From UHGV virus genome UHGV-0036384: 64,000 nucleotides of DNA. One strand, written 5' to 3'. Positions within the stretch are counted from its first letter, which is position 1. Every line of letters starts with the position of its first letter. The notes under the pieces are model-generated. The model was not told the origin of the DNA. It ran no database searches and saw nothing but the letters and a program-made list of their open reading frames with translations. Below are positions 1 to 9,415 of this stretch, one piece after another. The DNA is from a virus. The translations under genes were made by a program, and so were the position numbers.

Positions 1-240
1 TGAGAAGCGGTGTAAGTGAACTGCAGTTGCCATGTTTTACGGCAGTGAGAGCAGAGATAGCGCTGATGTCCGGCAGTACTTTTACCGTTACGCACCACGC
101 CTTCAGTAGCTGAGCAGGAGGGACAACTGATGGAGATGGAAGCCACGGGAGCACCTCAAAAACACCATCATACACTAAATCAGTAAGTTGGCACCATTAC
201 CAACCATCTCATATTCATTCTTTTCGCTTCTTATCTGTAA

Positions 241-591
241 TTATTCTGCAATATCATTTGCCCATTGCACGGCAGCAAAATGAGTACCCAAACCACTCAG
301 GAAAGCAATTACCCCCAAAACAATACTTGCTGCTGTTGATTCAAACAAAGTACCAATACTATAGCCAATAGCTCCCCATACTAAGCTAAATACAATCATC
401 AATGGTATTGCTAGAAATTTTATTCTTAAACTAAAAATCAGTCCAAGAAAAGAACCGCCAAAGGCCCACCATGATTTAGACATTAAACCTATCAGTATTG
501 ACAGAATTCCTATTTCAATAAAGAGAATATTAGATTGCTCTTCATTGAATTTCGCATTTGTTACACCTTTACGAACATGTTCAGATGACAT
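241..591 (-). CDS. hypothetical small integral membrane protein
   Basis: 116-aa ORF with several hydrophobic helices (ILFIEIGILSILIGL, LAIPLMIVFSLVWGAIGY); AT-rich, sits upstream of the immI region. Confidence 0.4.
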   Translation of the reverse strand: MSSEHVRKGVTNAKFNEEQSNILFIEIGILSILIGLMSKSWWAFGGSFLGLIFSLRIKFLAIPLMIVFSLVWGAIGYSIGTLFESTAASIVLGVIAFLSGLGTHFAAVQWANDIAE

Positions 592-880
592 GATTAACTA
601 TCTCCTGCCACAGATAAAACGCCTTAAAATAACATTTTGTAGCATAAAGTTTCACCATGCAATGGTCAAAATCTTTGACCCATATCAATTAAACTCATAC
701 ATTTTAGTTACCAGAGAAATAATTTACATGGTTGCAAGTTGCTCTAATTATTTTATTTTTTTAGCTTCATATGCTACATTAACTTGCTTGCGTGCTAATG
801 CATTTTCGGTTTATCCTAAACAGGCATCTTAGTAAAACGGATGCCGGGATTGGAACCCCGGATAATGCAAAAGGCGACAT

Positions 881-903
881 AGACGCCAAAAGCGTCTTTT
901 TTT
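881..903 (+). terminator. rho-independent terminator-like hairpin
   Basis: agacgc-caaa-gcgtct stem-loop followed by a T7 run. Confidence 0.4.
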
Positions 904-939
904 GTGTCATGCCATCGCACAACCATACGTAGCACATAG

Positions 940-1040
940 CTCCGAGATCAATGGTAGTGCTGGCTGGGCTGCCGAAAGGCAGGCCGGTTCCCTTTTGCGC
1001 CGGTAGTTCCAACCCAGTCAGTGCTACCGCCATTGAGATT
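940..1040 (+). ncRNA. c4: c4-like antisense immunity RNA region (immI), boundaries approximate
   Basis: Structured non-coding stretch directly upstream of icd-ant; recurring attggaac / gttccaa complementary motifs (850, 1006, 1037) consistent with c4 a'/b' target pairing; long-range stem ggtagtgctg / cagtgctacc. Confidence 0.3.
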
Positions 1041-1088
1041 GGAACCTCACGCGGTAGCTCCTTAAATTAGCAAAAGGAGGCTGCCATT

Positions 1089-1310
1089 GTGGCTACTATC
1101 CCTACCCCTACTCATCCTGAATTTATCTGGCGCTTTTACTCCTGCCAAAAACACCACTATCACTTCGTTATCGCAGCAACAGAAGACGAAGCACGCTCTC
1201 AATTGCCTGATGGCCCCTGCATTTTTACTGCCCGTTTTTCAACTAACTCGCGCAATTCACTTAGTTACTGGAGCCTCCCCTTCTCTGCCGACGTTCAGGG
1301 GGGTTTATGA
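1089..1310 (+). CDS. icd: Icd-like small protein (interference with cell division), translationally coupled to ant
   Basis: 73-aa ORF, GTG start preceded by aaaggagg RBS; stop overlaps ant ATG (ATGA); position between c4 region and ant as in P1. Confidence 0.5.
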   Translation: MATIPTPTHPEFIWRFYSCQKHHYHFVIAATEDEARSQLPDGPCIFTARFSTNSRNSLSYWSLPFSADVQGGL

Positions 1311-2716
1311 AAACACCTCTCGTCACCCGTAATGAAATAGCCGAAGCGATCGCCTTGCATACTGCCTGTATGCCGACACGGGAGATCCCCGGCGCAATTG
1401 CTAACTATTTCATGATAACCAGACGTTTTTATACCCGAACAGATAAGGCTGTGATCAACAGGCTACTGATAGCCGAGATCAGGGATTATTTGATTGAACA
1501 AGGACGTCTACGTTACGCAACAGTGGCAGCAGAAATGAGAAAGGAGGCACATAGAATGACCGGTAATAATTTAAATGTTGAAAAAACAGCACCTGTTGCT
1601 TCAGCTACGCCATCACCAGCTGTGAATGTTATCTCCAACACTGGAGACACAATCGACAGCCAGACACTGTTAAAGATGGTCAATGAAGCGCGTAAGTTAT
1701 GTGGGGAACCAGAGGTTCGGAACAACAAATTCATCGAAAAAATACTCGACGAATTAGAAGGTGAGGACGGTTACACAAAAAGTGCAACCGTGCCGCCAGG
1801 TGGCGGTACGCCTATGGTTGTCATAACCATGACCTACAAACAAGCCCTGCGAGTTGCCGCGCGCGAGTCAAAAGCGGTCCGCCGTTCGCTACATACCATG
1901 ATTCAGGCATTGGAACCTATAAATGTTGAAAATCATCCTGATGAAATTCCCGTTCTGGAATGGCAGGGAGTACGCGTCGTGACAACCGAGACTCTTGCTA
2001 GAGGGTATGGCACTACACCTACTCGTATTCAGCAGAACTACAATCGCAATGAAGAACGATTTGTAGAGGGTAAACACTTCTTTAAAATCAAAGGAGATGA
2101 GATAAAAAGTTTGCGACTATCTTTTAGCGAGTTGCAAATTTCCCCCAAGACCAGATCCTTAATACTCTGGACCGAACGCGGAGCGGCACGCATGTCTAAG
2201 ATCGTAGACACAGAGCAAGCGTGGGCATTCTTTGAAAAACTGGAAGACAGCTACTTCCGGCAAAAAGAACAGCAACCGGTCGCAATCCCCCAGACGCTTC
2301 CCGAAGCTCTGCGCCTAGCTGCCGAGCTGGCTGAACAAAAGCAGCTACTGGAACAGAAAACCCACCAGCTAAATCAACAGCTGGTGGCCGCAGCCCCTAA
2401 AGTCGATTTTGCCGACCGGGTATCAGCGGCTAATGGAATCCTGATCGGGAACTTTGCAAAGGTCGTTGGACTTAAGCAAAACGCCCTTTTCTCATGGTTG
2501 CGCCAGAACGGCATTCTCATGGCTTTTGGTGCGCGCAAAAACGTACCGCGCCAGCAGTACATTAACGCCGGGTATTTCACGGTGAAAGAAGTGGTGCTGG
2601 ATGATGAAAATGGCTACCAGATACGGCTGACGCCCCAATTAACGGGTAAAGGCCAGCAGTGGTTAACTCGCAAGCTACTTGATGCTGGTTTGTTAAAACC
2701 AGTAGCAATAGGTTAA
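1307..2716 (+). CDS. ant1: antirepressor Ant (KilA-C/ANT C-terminal domain)
   Basis: 469-aa ORF; C-terminal ~150 aa (PQTLPEALRLAAELAEQKQ...GKGQQWL) is clearly paralogous to the C-terminus of the downstream KilA ORF; immI position. Confidence 0.65.
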   Translation: MKTPLVTRNEIAEAIALHTACMPTREIPGAIANYFMITRRFYTRTDKAVINRLLIAEIRDYLIEQGRLRYATVAAEMRKEAHRMTGNNLNVEKTAPVASATPSPAVNVISNTGDTIDSQTLLKMVNEARKLCGEPEVRNNKFIEKILDELEGEDGYTKSATVPPGGGTPMVVITMTYKQALRVAARESKAVRRSLHTMIQALEPINVENHPDEIPVLEWQGVRVVTTETLARGYGTTPTRIQQNYNRNEERFVEGKHFFKIKGDEIKSLRLSFSELQISPKTRSLILWTERGAARMSKIVDTEQAWAFFEKLEDSYFRQKEQQPVAIPQTLPEALRLAAELAEQKQLLEQKTHQLNQQLVAAAPKVDFADRVSAANGILIGNFAKVVGLKQNALFSWLRQNGILMAFGARKNVPRQQYINAGYFTVKEVVLDDENGYQIRLTPQLTGKGQQWLTRKLLDAGLLKPVAIG

Positions 2717-2793
2717 CAAAAGAAAAAAACCTGCCAGCAAACTGGCAGGTTTCTGAGCAGATCGTCCAACCCGATCTGGATCGAGCCAGAAAA

Positions 2794-2811
2794 ATTTGCT
2801 CTAATAAATTT
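2794..2811 (+). promoter_or_regulatory. C1 repressor operator-like site upstream of kilA
   Basis: atttgctctaataaattt matches the asymmetric P1 C1 operator consensus ATTGCTCTAATAAATTT. Confidence 0.5.
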
Positions 2812-2880
2812 CGTTTTCTAAGTGCAAAGAATCACCATTTCGAGCTGGTGATTGAAGGTTGATGCAAATTTGGAGAAAAA

Positions 2881-3681
2881 ATGCAACAAACATTCAATGC
2901 GGATATGAATATATCAAACCTTCATCAAAATGTCGATCCTTCAACCACTCTGCCCGTTATTTGTGGTGTTGAAATTACGACCGACCGCGCTGGCCGTTAC
3001 AACCTTAATGCTCTACACAGAGCGAGCGGACTCGGTGCCCATAAAGCGCCAGCTCAATGGCTAAGAACGCTGTCAGCTAAACAGCTCATCGAAGAGCTTG
3101 AAAAAGAAACTATGCAGAATTGCATAGTTTCGTTCGAAGGCCGTGGCGGCGGCACTTTTGCCCATGAATTGCTCGCTGTGGAGTACGCAGGCTGGATTTC
3201 TCCCGCGTTTCGGCTGAAGGTAAACCAGACATTTATCGACTATCGAACCGGAAGATTACAACCTGCTATTCCGCAGAGTCTCCCTGAAGCTCTCCGTTTG
3301 GCTGCCGACCTGGCAGAGCAAAAGCAACGGCTGGAGCAAAAAATGCTTATGGATGCACCTAAAGTCGAATTCGCTGAACGCGTTGCTACCGCCAGCGGGG
3401 TTCTAATCGGCAACTATGCCAAAGTGCTCGGCCTGGGCCAAAACTATCTCTTCACCTGGTTGCGTGATAACGGAATTCTGATCGCAACCGGTGAACGCAG
3501 GAACGTCCCCAAACAAGAATACATATCCCGTGGGTATTTCACCCTTAAAGAAACCGTGATCGATACAAGCAATGGAAGCAGGATTTCTTTCACGACTCGT
3601 ATAACCGGCAAAGGTCAGCAGTGGCTGATGAAGCGATTGCTTGATGCTGGTGTGCTGGTACCTGTCGCGGCAACGCGCTAA
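2881..3681 (+). CDS. kilA: KilA (lytic replicon, host-killing function)
   Basis: 266-aa ORF; KilA-N-like N-terminus and ANT-like C-terminus; directly precedes repL. Confidence 0.75.
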   Translation: MQQTFNADMNISNLHQNVDPSTTLPVICGVEITTDRAGRYNLNALHRASGLGAHKAPAQWLRTLSAKQLIEELEKETMQNCIVSFEGRGGGTFAHELLAVEYAGWISPAFRLKVNQTFIDYRTGRLQPAIPQSLPEALRLAADLAEQKQRLEQKMLMDAPKVEFAERVATASGVLIGNYAKVLGLGQNYLFTWLRDNGILIATGERRNVPKQEYISRGYFTLKETVIDTSNGSRISFTTRITGKGQQWLMKRLLDAGVLVPVAATR

Positions 3682-3710
3682 CAGACGTAGTAAGAACCAC
3701 CAGCATTGTA

Positions 3711-4556
3711 ATGCTGGCTAAAGTCACTTTCCTGAGCTGTATAACGATGAGCGATTTTACTTTTTCTGGCTATGAATTGGCCTGCTTTGTAACACACTCC
3801 GGTCTATCCCGTAGCGCCGGGCATATCCTGTCGCAATGTGCAAATCTCGCGGCAACAACCAGTGAATACTTCATTCACAAGCCTCACCGCCTGATCGCGG
3901 CAGAAACTGGTTATAGCCAATCAACCGTCGTTCGTGCATTCCGTGAAGCTGTAAACAAAGGAATCCTGTCTGTAGAGATTGTTATCGGCGATCACCGTGA
4001 ACGTCGCGCTAACCTGTACCGGTTTACACCATCCTTTTTGGCCTTCGCACAACAAGCCAAAAATGCGCTGATTGAAAGCAAATTAAAGATCTCTTCAGCG
4101 GCAACCAAGGTTAAAGCTGTTCTCGCTAAGACATTGGCTTTATTTAATTTTTTATCCACACCCCCATGTCAAAATGATACCCCCTCCCCCTGTCAGGATG
4201 ACGTGGCAATAAAGAATAAGAAGTCACAAGTTAAAAAAACAAAAAGATCAGTTTCCGGCGGTGCCGGAACGAGCAGACTCAAAAAATTGACTTCATGGAT
4301 CGCTGAGACAAAAGCAAAGGCTGACAATCTGCGGTTATCCAAAAAACGCGCACAAAAACATGAGTTCAAGCAGAAAGTAGAGGCGGCAGCGCGGAAATAT
4401 GCTTACCTGAAGAACAAGCGTTCTCCTGATATTGGCGGGGTATCAAACTTCGATAATTTGCCGCATTGCATGACGGTAAACGAAGCTCTTAATGCGGTTT
4501 TAGCCAAAAATAAAGATAACGAAAAATGGGGTATACCGGCAGGATTCAGAGGGTGA
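3711..4556 (+). CDS. repL: RepL lytic replication initiator
   Basis: 281-aa ORF (P1 RepL length) downstream of kilA; HTH-like segment STVVRAFREAVNKGIL. Confidence 0.75.
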   Translation: MLAKVTFLSCITMSDFTFSGYELACFVTHSGLSRSAGHILSQCANLAATTSEYFIHKPHRLIAAETGYSQSTVVRAFREAVNKGILSVEIVIGDHRERRANLYRFTPSFLAFAQQAKNALIESKLKISSAATKVKAVLAKTLALFNFLSTPPCQNDTPSPCQDDVAIKNKKSQVKKTKRSVSGGAGTSRLKKLTSWIAETKAKADNLRLSKKRAQKHEFKQKVEAAARKYAYLKNKRSPDIGGVSNFDNLPHCMTVNEALNAVLAKNKDNEKWGIPAGFRG

Positions 4557-4606
4557 TAGATTGCTCTAATCTGGAGTCACCTGGCGTTTTCAGTTTGAGG
4601 TCGGAG

Positions 4607-4852
4607 ATGCAATCTGATTTTTTACAGTTAGCGATCGCTTTTGCAGGATATGTTTGTATTGGCTTCTGTGTATACATGATCAGCCGAAAAATGCTTGTCG
4701 ATATCGACCGCAAAGAACGAGCAGAGGAGATCTTAGTATGGATTTTCTTTGGCGCGGTCTGGCCATTAGGGATCATGTTTGCTGCAACATTTCTTCTGAT
4801 GTGGATATTCACCCTTCCAGGTGATTTCTATAGAAAAAAAGCCAGACATTGA
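4607..4852 (+). CDS. small membrane protein
   Basis: ATG at 4607 preceded by gaggtcggag; two hydrophobic helices (LAIAFAGYVCIGFCVYMI, ILVWIFFGAVWPLGIMFAATFLLMWIF). Confidence 0.35.
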   Translation: MQSDFLQLAIAFAGYVCIGFCVYMISRKMLVDIDRKERAEEILVWIFFGAVWPLGIMFAATFLLMWIFTLPGDFYRKKARH

Positions 4853-5034
4853 TACAATCGCTGCGGGTGCTTGAGGCTATCTGCTTCAGGCATTACCCGA
4901 CAAGCAGATAGAAGAAAGCCCCAGATAACATTACGCGTCCTGCAAGACGCTTAACATTAATCTGAGGCCATATCTATGCTTAGCATACGTAGATTAGCCC
5001 TCTCCCCTTTTTAGGAGCAAGGAATTTTTTACTG

Positions 5035-5631
5035 CTATGCCGCCTTTCCAATTATGGATTCAGCGACCAGAACAACCCCATGCTTACTTCGATCTGGGTG
5101 TTCACTCCATATCTCGGATTCAGGAATACTTACCCCGTCATAGCAAACACGTTCGCCGTCAAACGGGTAATACTGAGCGGCATCGGTGTCGAGGATAAAC
5201 ACTTTTAGCTCGGAAGAGCGACGGGCGATGTGTTGCCAAAGAGCTTTTCCACCTTCGTATTGCTCATTATCACTGAGCAAAACAACACCAGCTTTTGAGG
5301 CTACGGTTTCGTAAACAAAAGTAGCTAAACCGACATCCCGGACGGTTCCATCAACCACGATACCTTCAATCTGGGCAACATCGCTATCCTCCCAGAACTT
5401 CCTTACCAGTACGCCTTCAAGCTGCGGGCGACGTTGAAGTTCAAGAGTAGCGACAACCTTATGGCGCATATCACCATCGATAACAGAAGGCGCAGCCTCT
5501 ATTACAGCTGCAAATGGGGTTTTGGAATCCCATATAACCTGGTAAAGCACACCCTGGATGGTAACTCCGTCCAGGATCGAAAATCGACGAGCGACAGTAC
5601 CCGGGGAGTACGACATTGGAATCACAGCCAT
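5035..5631 (-). CDS. hypothetical protein (late operon)
   Basis: ORF with internal ATG at 5631 preceded by aaaggggga RBS; co-oriented with tail genes. Confidence 0.5.
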   Translation of the reverse strand: MAVIPMSYSPGTVARRFSILDGVTIQGVLYQVIWDSKTPFAAVIEAAPSVIDGDMRHKVVATLELQRRPQLEGVLVRKFWEDSDVAQIEGIVVDGTVRDVGLATFVYETVASKAGVVLLSDNEQYEGGKALWQHIARRSSELKVFILDTDAAQYYPFDGERVCYDGVSIPESEIWSEHPDRSKHGVVLVAESIIGKAA

Positions 5632-5754
5632 TTTAGAGTCCCCCTTTAACAGTACAGGCACAAACATCTACCTCAATAATTGTAGTTTATTAGAACATTA
5701 ATAATCTAACATAAAACTCAAGACAATGTTATCGATGCATTCTTATATAAAATA

Positions 5755-5785
5755 GTTATAAAAAAAGCTCCCGAAGGAGCTTTAA
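5755..5785 (-). terminator. terminator hairpin between tube-like gene and downstream gene
   Basis: aaagctcc-cgaa-ggagcttt stem-loop flanked by A/T runs. Confidence 0.4.
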
Positions 5786-5802
5786 AATACAAGGGATGAC
5801 TC

Positions 5803-6312
5803 TTAATCCCACTCAATCCAGTTGTAGACGATACGAAGTGACGGGCGCACAGCGGCAGTCACATCTTCGGTACTAAAGTCGATTGCATCACTGTAGATTT
5901 TGCAGTCCAACATTTCAATTGTTGTAGCAGCTTTTGTCACAGCGTTAACCCCGGAAGATTTGGATTCAGGGGTAGCAGCCATCGTGATATCAACATAGTC
6001 CTTCGCCGCAATGCGATCCTTGATGAACTGAAGAATATCGCCTTCGATAGTCTCCACGCACTGGACCTGGATTTCCCCAGAGTTTCGAATTGGTCCGTGC
6101 TGGTTGAACTTCACACCATTCGGACCATAGTCCTCCACATCCTCGCGTGTCATTTCAGGGATTTGCGACGTGCGAACCAGTACGCTGATATCTTCATGGC
6201 CTGCAAAAGTGAGCTGGAATTCAGAAGATACCAGTCGTTCGCCTTTGGCCGCGTTGGCAGTATAGCGGCCCTTAATAAATTTACGGTTTCCCTTAGTGTT
6301 ATTGTGCCCCAT
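5803..6312 (-). CDS. virion structural protein, tail tube-like
   Basis: 169-aa ORF in late morphogenetic operon; size and composition typical of myovirus tube proteins. Confidence 0.45.
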   Translation of the reverse strand: MGHNNTKGNRKFIKGRYTANAAKGERLVSSEFQLTFAGHEDISVLVRTSQIPEMTREDVEDYGPNGVKFNQHGPIRNSGEIQVQCVETIEGDILQFIKDRIAAKDYVDITMAATPESKSSGVNAVTKAATTIEMLDCKIYSDAIDFSTEDVTAAVRPSLRIVYNWIEWD

Positions 6313-6323
6313 ATAAAATCCTT

Positions 6324-6905
6324 TTACTGGAACGCCCGAACAATATCGGAGCTGTTATATATCGAAGAACCGGTCAACTGGAGGTTGACGGTGTTTTTCA
6401 GGAAATATCCATTACTGTCCCTTGGCGCATCGAGATCAAAACTTAAGTCCTGGATGGCGACATCGGTGATGTTGATCCGGCGACCAATGTTTAGCGTCAC
6501 GCGCTCCGGGATTCGACCACCAACATTGGCCGCTTTTAGTTCCGGGCTAATCATGGCTGTCAACGCGGCGATAGCGCCTGAAACTTCAATGAATGGATTG
6601 TTCAAAGCAATGAAAGTTACAGGCAGCGTGAACGTCGGCGGAGTCCCCCCTTCCCAAACCATTAAGCTATTCCAACGGGCAACCGACGTTGTTTCAGTAC
6701 CTACTTGCACAAAACCACCCAGAGCACCAGAAACAGATCCCATGGACATACCGGTAAACGGCGCTTCCCAATTCTGGGCCATGTTCATTGCCGCTCCCTG
6801 GCTGATATATCCGGTAACCTGGTACTGAGAGTTCGTTAAAGTAACTTTCAGAAATGGCGATACACCGTCAGCCTGGCTGTAAACCCCATAAGGTATAGGT
6901 GCCAT
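6324..6905 (-). CDS. virion structural protein (tail-associated), hypothetical
   Basis: 193-aa ORF tightly packed in late operon. Confidence 0.45.
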   Translation of the reverse strand: MAPIPYGVYSQADGVSPFLKVTLTNSQYQVTGYISQGAAMNMAQNWEAPFTGMSMGSVSGALGGFVQVGTETTSVARWNSLMVWEGGTPPTFTLPVTFIALNNPFIEVSGAIAALTAMISPELKAANVGGRIPERVTLNIGRRINITDVAIQDLSFDLDAPRDSNGYFLKNTVNLQLTGSSIYNSSDIVRAFQ

Positions 6906-6940
6906 TCAAGTTAAAGGCCGGAGTTCTCCGGCCTCCTCCT

Positions 6941-7756
6941 TTAGCCAAGGCGCTTACGGCGCAGTTTCATTGACTTTTTGCGGGCAAGTTTTGCCGCGCC
7001 GGTCTGGGCTTTTCGACGCGCTTTTTTCAGCGCCGATTTTTGAGCCGCAGTCAGACGTTTTTTACGCAGGCGTTTACGGATGAGTTTGATCTCACCGTTA
7101 CGAACAACCTTCTTAAATGCTTCAGTCAGCATTTCATCAGAAGTGCCAGCAACAACAAACGCCGCTTCCAGTTCGTCGCGGTCGTCGCTATCTAAACCAG
7201 CGATAGAGGCACCAACATCAGCAGCAGCGTCGTCGTCTTCATCGTCAGCCAGTGCTTCGATCAGGTCATCATCTACACCGCATGCTGCGAGGAAGTCAGC
7301 AACATTTGCCCATGCTTCGTTATAGGCATCGTCCTGTTCTTCTGTAACTTCGGAGTCGTCGTCATCAGAGATACCAGCGATAGCCTGAACGAAACCATCA
7401 AGGGAGTCGAAAGTCAGATCACCGCTATCAGCCCAGGAGAAAACGGCGTCGGCCGCATCACTCAACGCATTCTGCATAGCACTTCGATTTGCAGCTTCCA
7501 GAATCATCTGGTGCGCCTGTTCGACGGTCCATTCTTTACCGTCTTTCCCTTCCAGGATTTGCTCTGGAGCCGGGGCAGATGGAACGTTATCGTTAGTCTG
7601 TGCCGCCGGTTCCGGATTATTATTAATAACCGGATCTGTTGGCGGTTCGGCGCTTGCTCGGGCAGACTCCATCAGCTGCACAGGATCAGAGTTCAAAGCG
7701 AAACGGGACAGTCCATTCCCCAAAAATGCCCCGGATTGAAAAAAGTTTTTGCTCAT
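6941..7756 (-). CDS. highly acidic protein with lysine/arginine-rich C-terminal tail
   Basis: 271 aa; D/E-rich core (DDDDSEVTEEQDD, ADDEDDDAAAD) and basic C-terminus (RKRLRKKRL...KLRRKRLG). Confidence 0.5.
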   Translation of the reverse strand: MSKNFFQSGAFLGNGLSRFALNSDPVQLMESARASAEPPTDPVINNNPEPAAQTNDNVPSAPAPEQILEGKDGKEWTVEQAHQMILEAANRSAMQNALSDAADAVFSWADSGDLTFDSLDGFVQAIAGISDDDDSEVTEEQDDAYNEAWANVADFLAACGVDDDLIEALADDEDDDAAADVGASIAGLDSDDRDELEAAFVVAGTSDEMLTEAFKKVVRNGEIKLIRKRLRKKRLTAAQKSALKKARRKAQTGAAKLARKKSMKLRRKRLG

Positions 7757-7765
7757 TGTATTCCC

Positions 7766-9355
7766 TTACTTAATAAGCAGCGGTACGCCCTGGATACGAC
7801 GGGCTACGCCAGTCGGGCAGCAGGCCCAGACTACTTCCCATTTATCGAATTCCGCCTGCGTAACTTTCAGCACATACGGTTCTGTACCGTCAGCATCGGG
7901 ATCACGAGGAGCCACCAGAGCGCCGGAGGCGACAAAGCGATCTAAAAGTTTGGTCATCCCTTTAGTCAGGCCAGCCGCAGTAATACCGTCCGGGCTATGC
8001 TTCATCTGTCGGGCTAACTGGACAAAGAAACGACTGATTGCATTCATCAGGGATGGGACGTGCTGGAAGTGCAGATAGTTATCCTGCGTGCAGCAAGTTA
8101 AAGCATCGTCGATGATCATCTGGCCAGAGGTGCCAACAGATACTTTATTGAGACGGCCCTTGACCATTGCTTCTTCGTCCGGGGTATCTTCCGGATACAG
8201 CGGTTGAATTGACGCACGAGCAATGACGGCACGTTCTTCACCAGCCGGTGAGTAATGCCAACCGCCGACATCAGAGTTTTTCTTGACGCCACGAGCTTTC
8301 GCCGCATACGCCGCGCCAGACAGACCGAAGACCACACGGGATTGGGTCCATTTGTCTTTGCAGGAGAACGGGTAGTGATAGACAGAACAGCTTACATAAT
8401 CGGTACCAAGTAAACCGGTACCCTCAACAGCTGTTAGTGCTTCTGCGTACCTTAATGTCGGTTTGACATCAAAGAAGCCATCAATCAGGCGATCTGCACA
8501 GATTTTACCTAATGCGGTGATAGCCGCATTGTCATAGCAGCCCAGGCCAAGAACAGCGGTGTACATGTACGGCGCATTATTCAGCACTTTAACCGCACGC
8601 AGGTAAGCAGCGGTTGAGATTTTCGACTGATCGCCATTGGTACCGCCAGTGAATGCCACCGATTTTTTATTTGTTACTTTCGCTGTAGAAATCAGCTCTT
8701 CATTAACAACCGCACGCAGATATTTAGAACGGGCTTCCAGAGCCGTAGGCAGATAACACAAGCGGCCCATGTCATCTTTCGCTTCTTCCGCCAAAGACAC
8801 AGTGTGTGTCTCCAGGGTCGTTACCACACCGAGCGAAGTCGTCTGGGTCAGTTTTAAGAGGAAGCGTTCATTACCCGCGCTGTCCGCTGTTGCCGTTTCG
8901 ATGGTTAACTCACGGGTAGGTGAAATACACGGATCACCATCATCAACGTAGATAGCAAAGGCTTCGCCGCTATCAAGTTCAATTTCAGAACCGTATGGCA
9001 ACGCACTGTTAGCCGGTTCGCCTGATTCATCGAACATAATAATCGGGAACTTCGCATCATCCGGAACAGCACGGACAACATAACCAGACGTTTGCTGAAT
9101 AGCTTCGTACACATGGCGAATTGGTTCAAACTGTGAGCCGGAAGACGGCTTCAGCGGTTCGCCAAGAACATCTTCGTAATTGGACTCAGTAACCGCAAGA
9201 ACAGTAAACGGCTTGCCACGCGCAAATACGCCAATACCAGCCCACAAGCTGCTATTTAATGCAACACCGGTAGATAACGTCGCATCGGCATTGATCGGGC
9301 TAACCGCGACGCCGGATGCATTACCTAATGACTGTTGAATTGAATATTGAGACAT
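7766..9355 (-). CDS. tail sheath-like protein (P1 gp22-like)
   Basis: 529-aa ORF adjacent to head gene in late operon; size consistent with contractile sheath. Confidence 0.5.
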   Translation of the reverse strand: MSQYSIQQSLGNASGVAVSPINADATLSTGVALNSSLWAGIGVFARGKPFTVLAVTESNYEDVLGEPLKPSSGSQFEPIRHVYEAIQQTSGYVVRAVPDDAKFPIIMFDESGEPANSALPYGSEIELDSGEAFAIYVDDGDPCISPTRELTIETATADSAGNERFLLKLTQTTSLGVVTTLETHTVSLAEEAKDDMGRLCYLPTALEARSKYLRAVVNEELISTAKVTNKKSVAFTGGTNGDQSKISTAAYLRAVKVLNNAPYMYTAVLGLGCYDNAAITALGKICADRLIDGFFDVKPTLRYAEALTAVEGTGLLGTDYVSCSVYHYPFSCKDKWTQSRVVFGLSGAAYAAKARGVKKNSDVGGWHYSPAGEERAVIARASIQPLYPEDTPDEEAMVKGRLNKVSVGTSGQMIIDDALTCCTQDNYLHFQHVPSLMNAISRFFVQLARQMKHSPDGITAAGLTKGMTKLLDRFVASGALVAPRDPDADGTEPYVLKVTQAEFDKWEVVWACCPTGVARRIQGVPLLIK

Positions 9356-9415
9356 AACTTTCCCTGTTATGCGCCCCGCGCGGGGGCGCTATGTTAAACG
9401 GAGAGCTTCCCCTGA

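Noticed and set aside
1513-2580. Minus-strand ORFs within ant
   Set aside because: Antisense to the antirepressor gene; no supporting signals.
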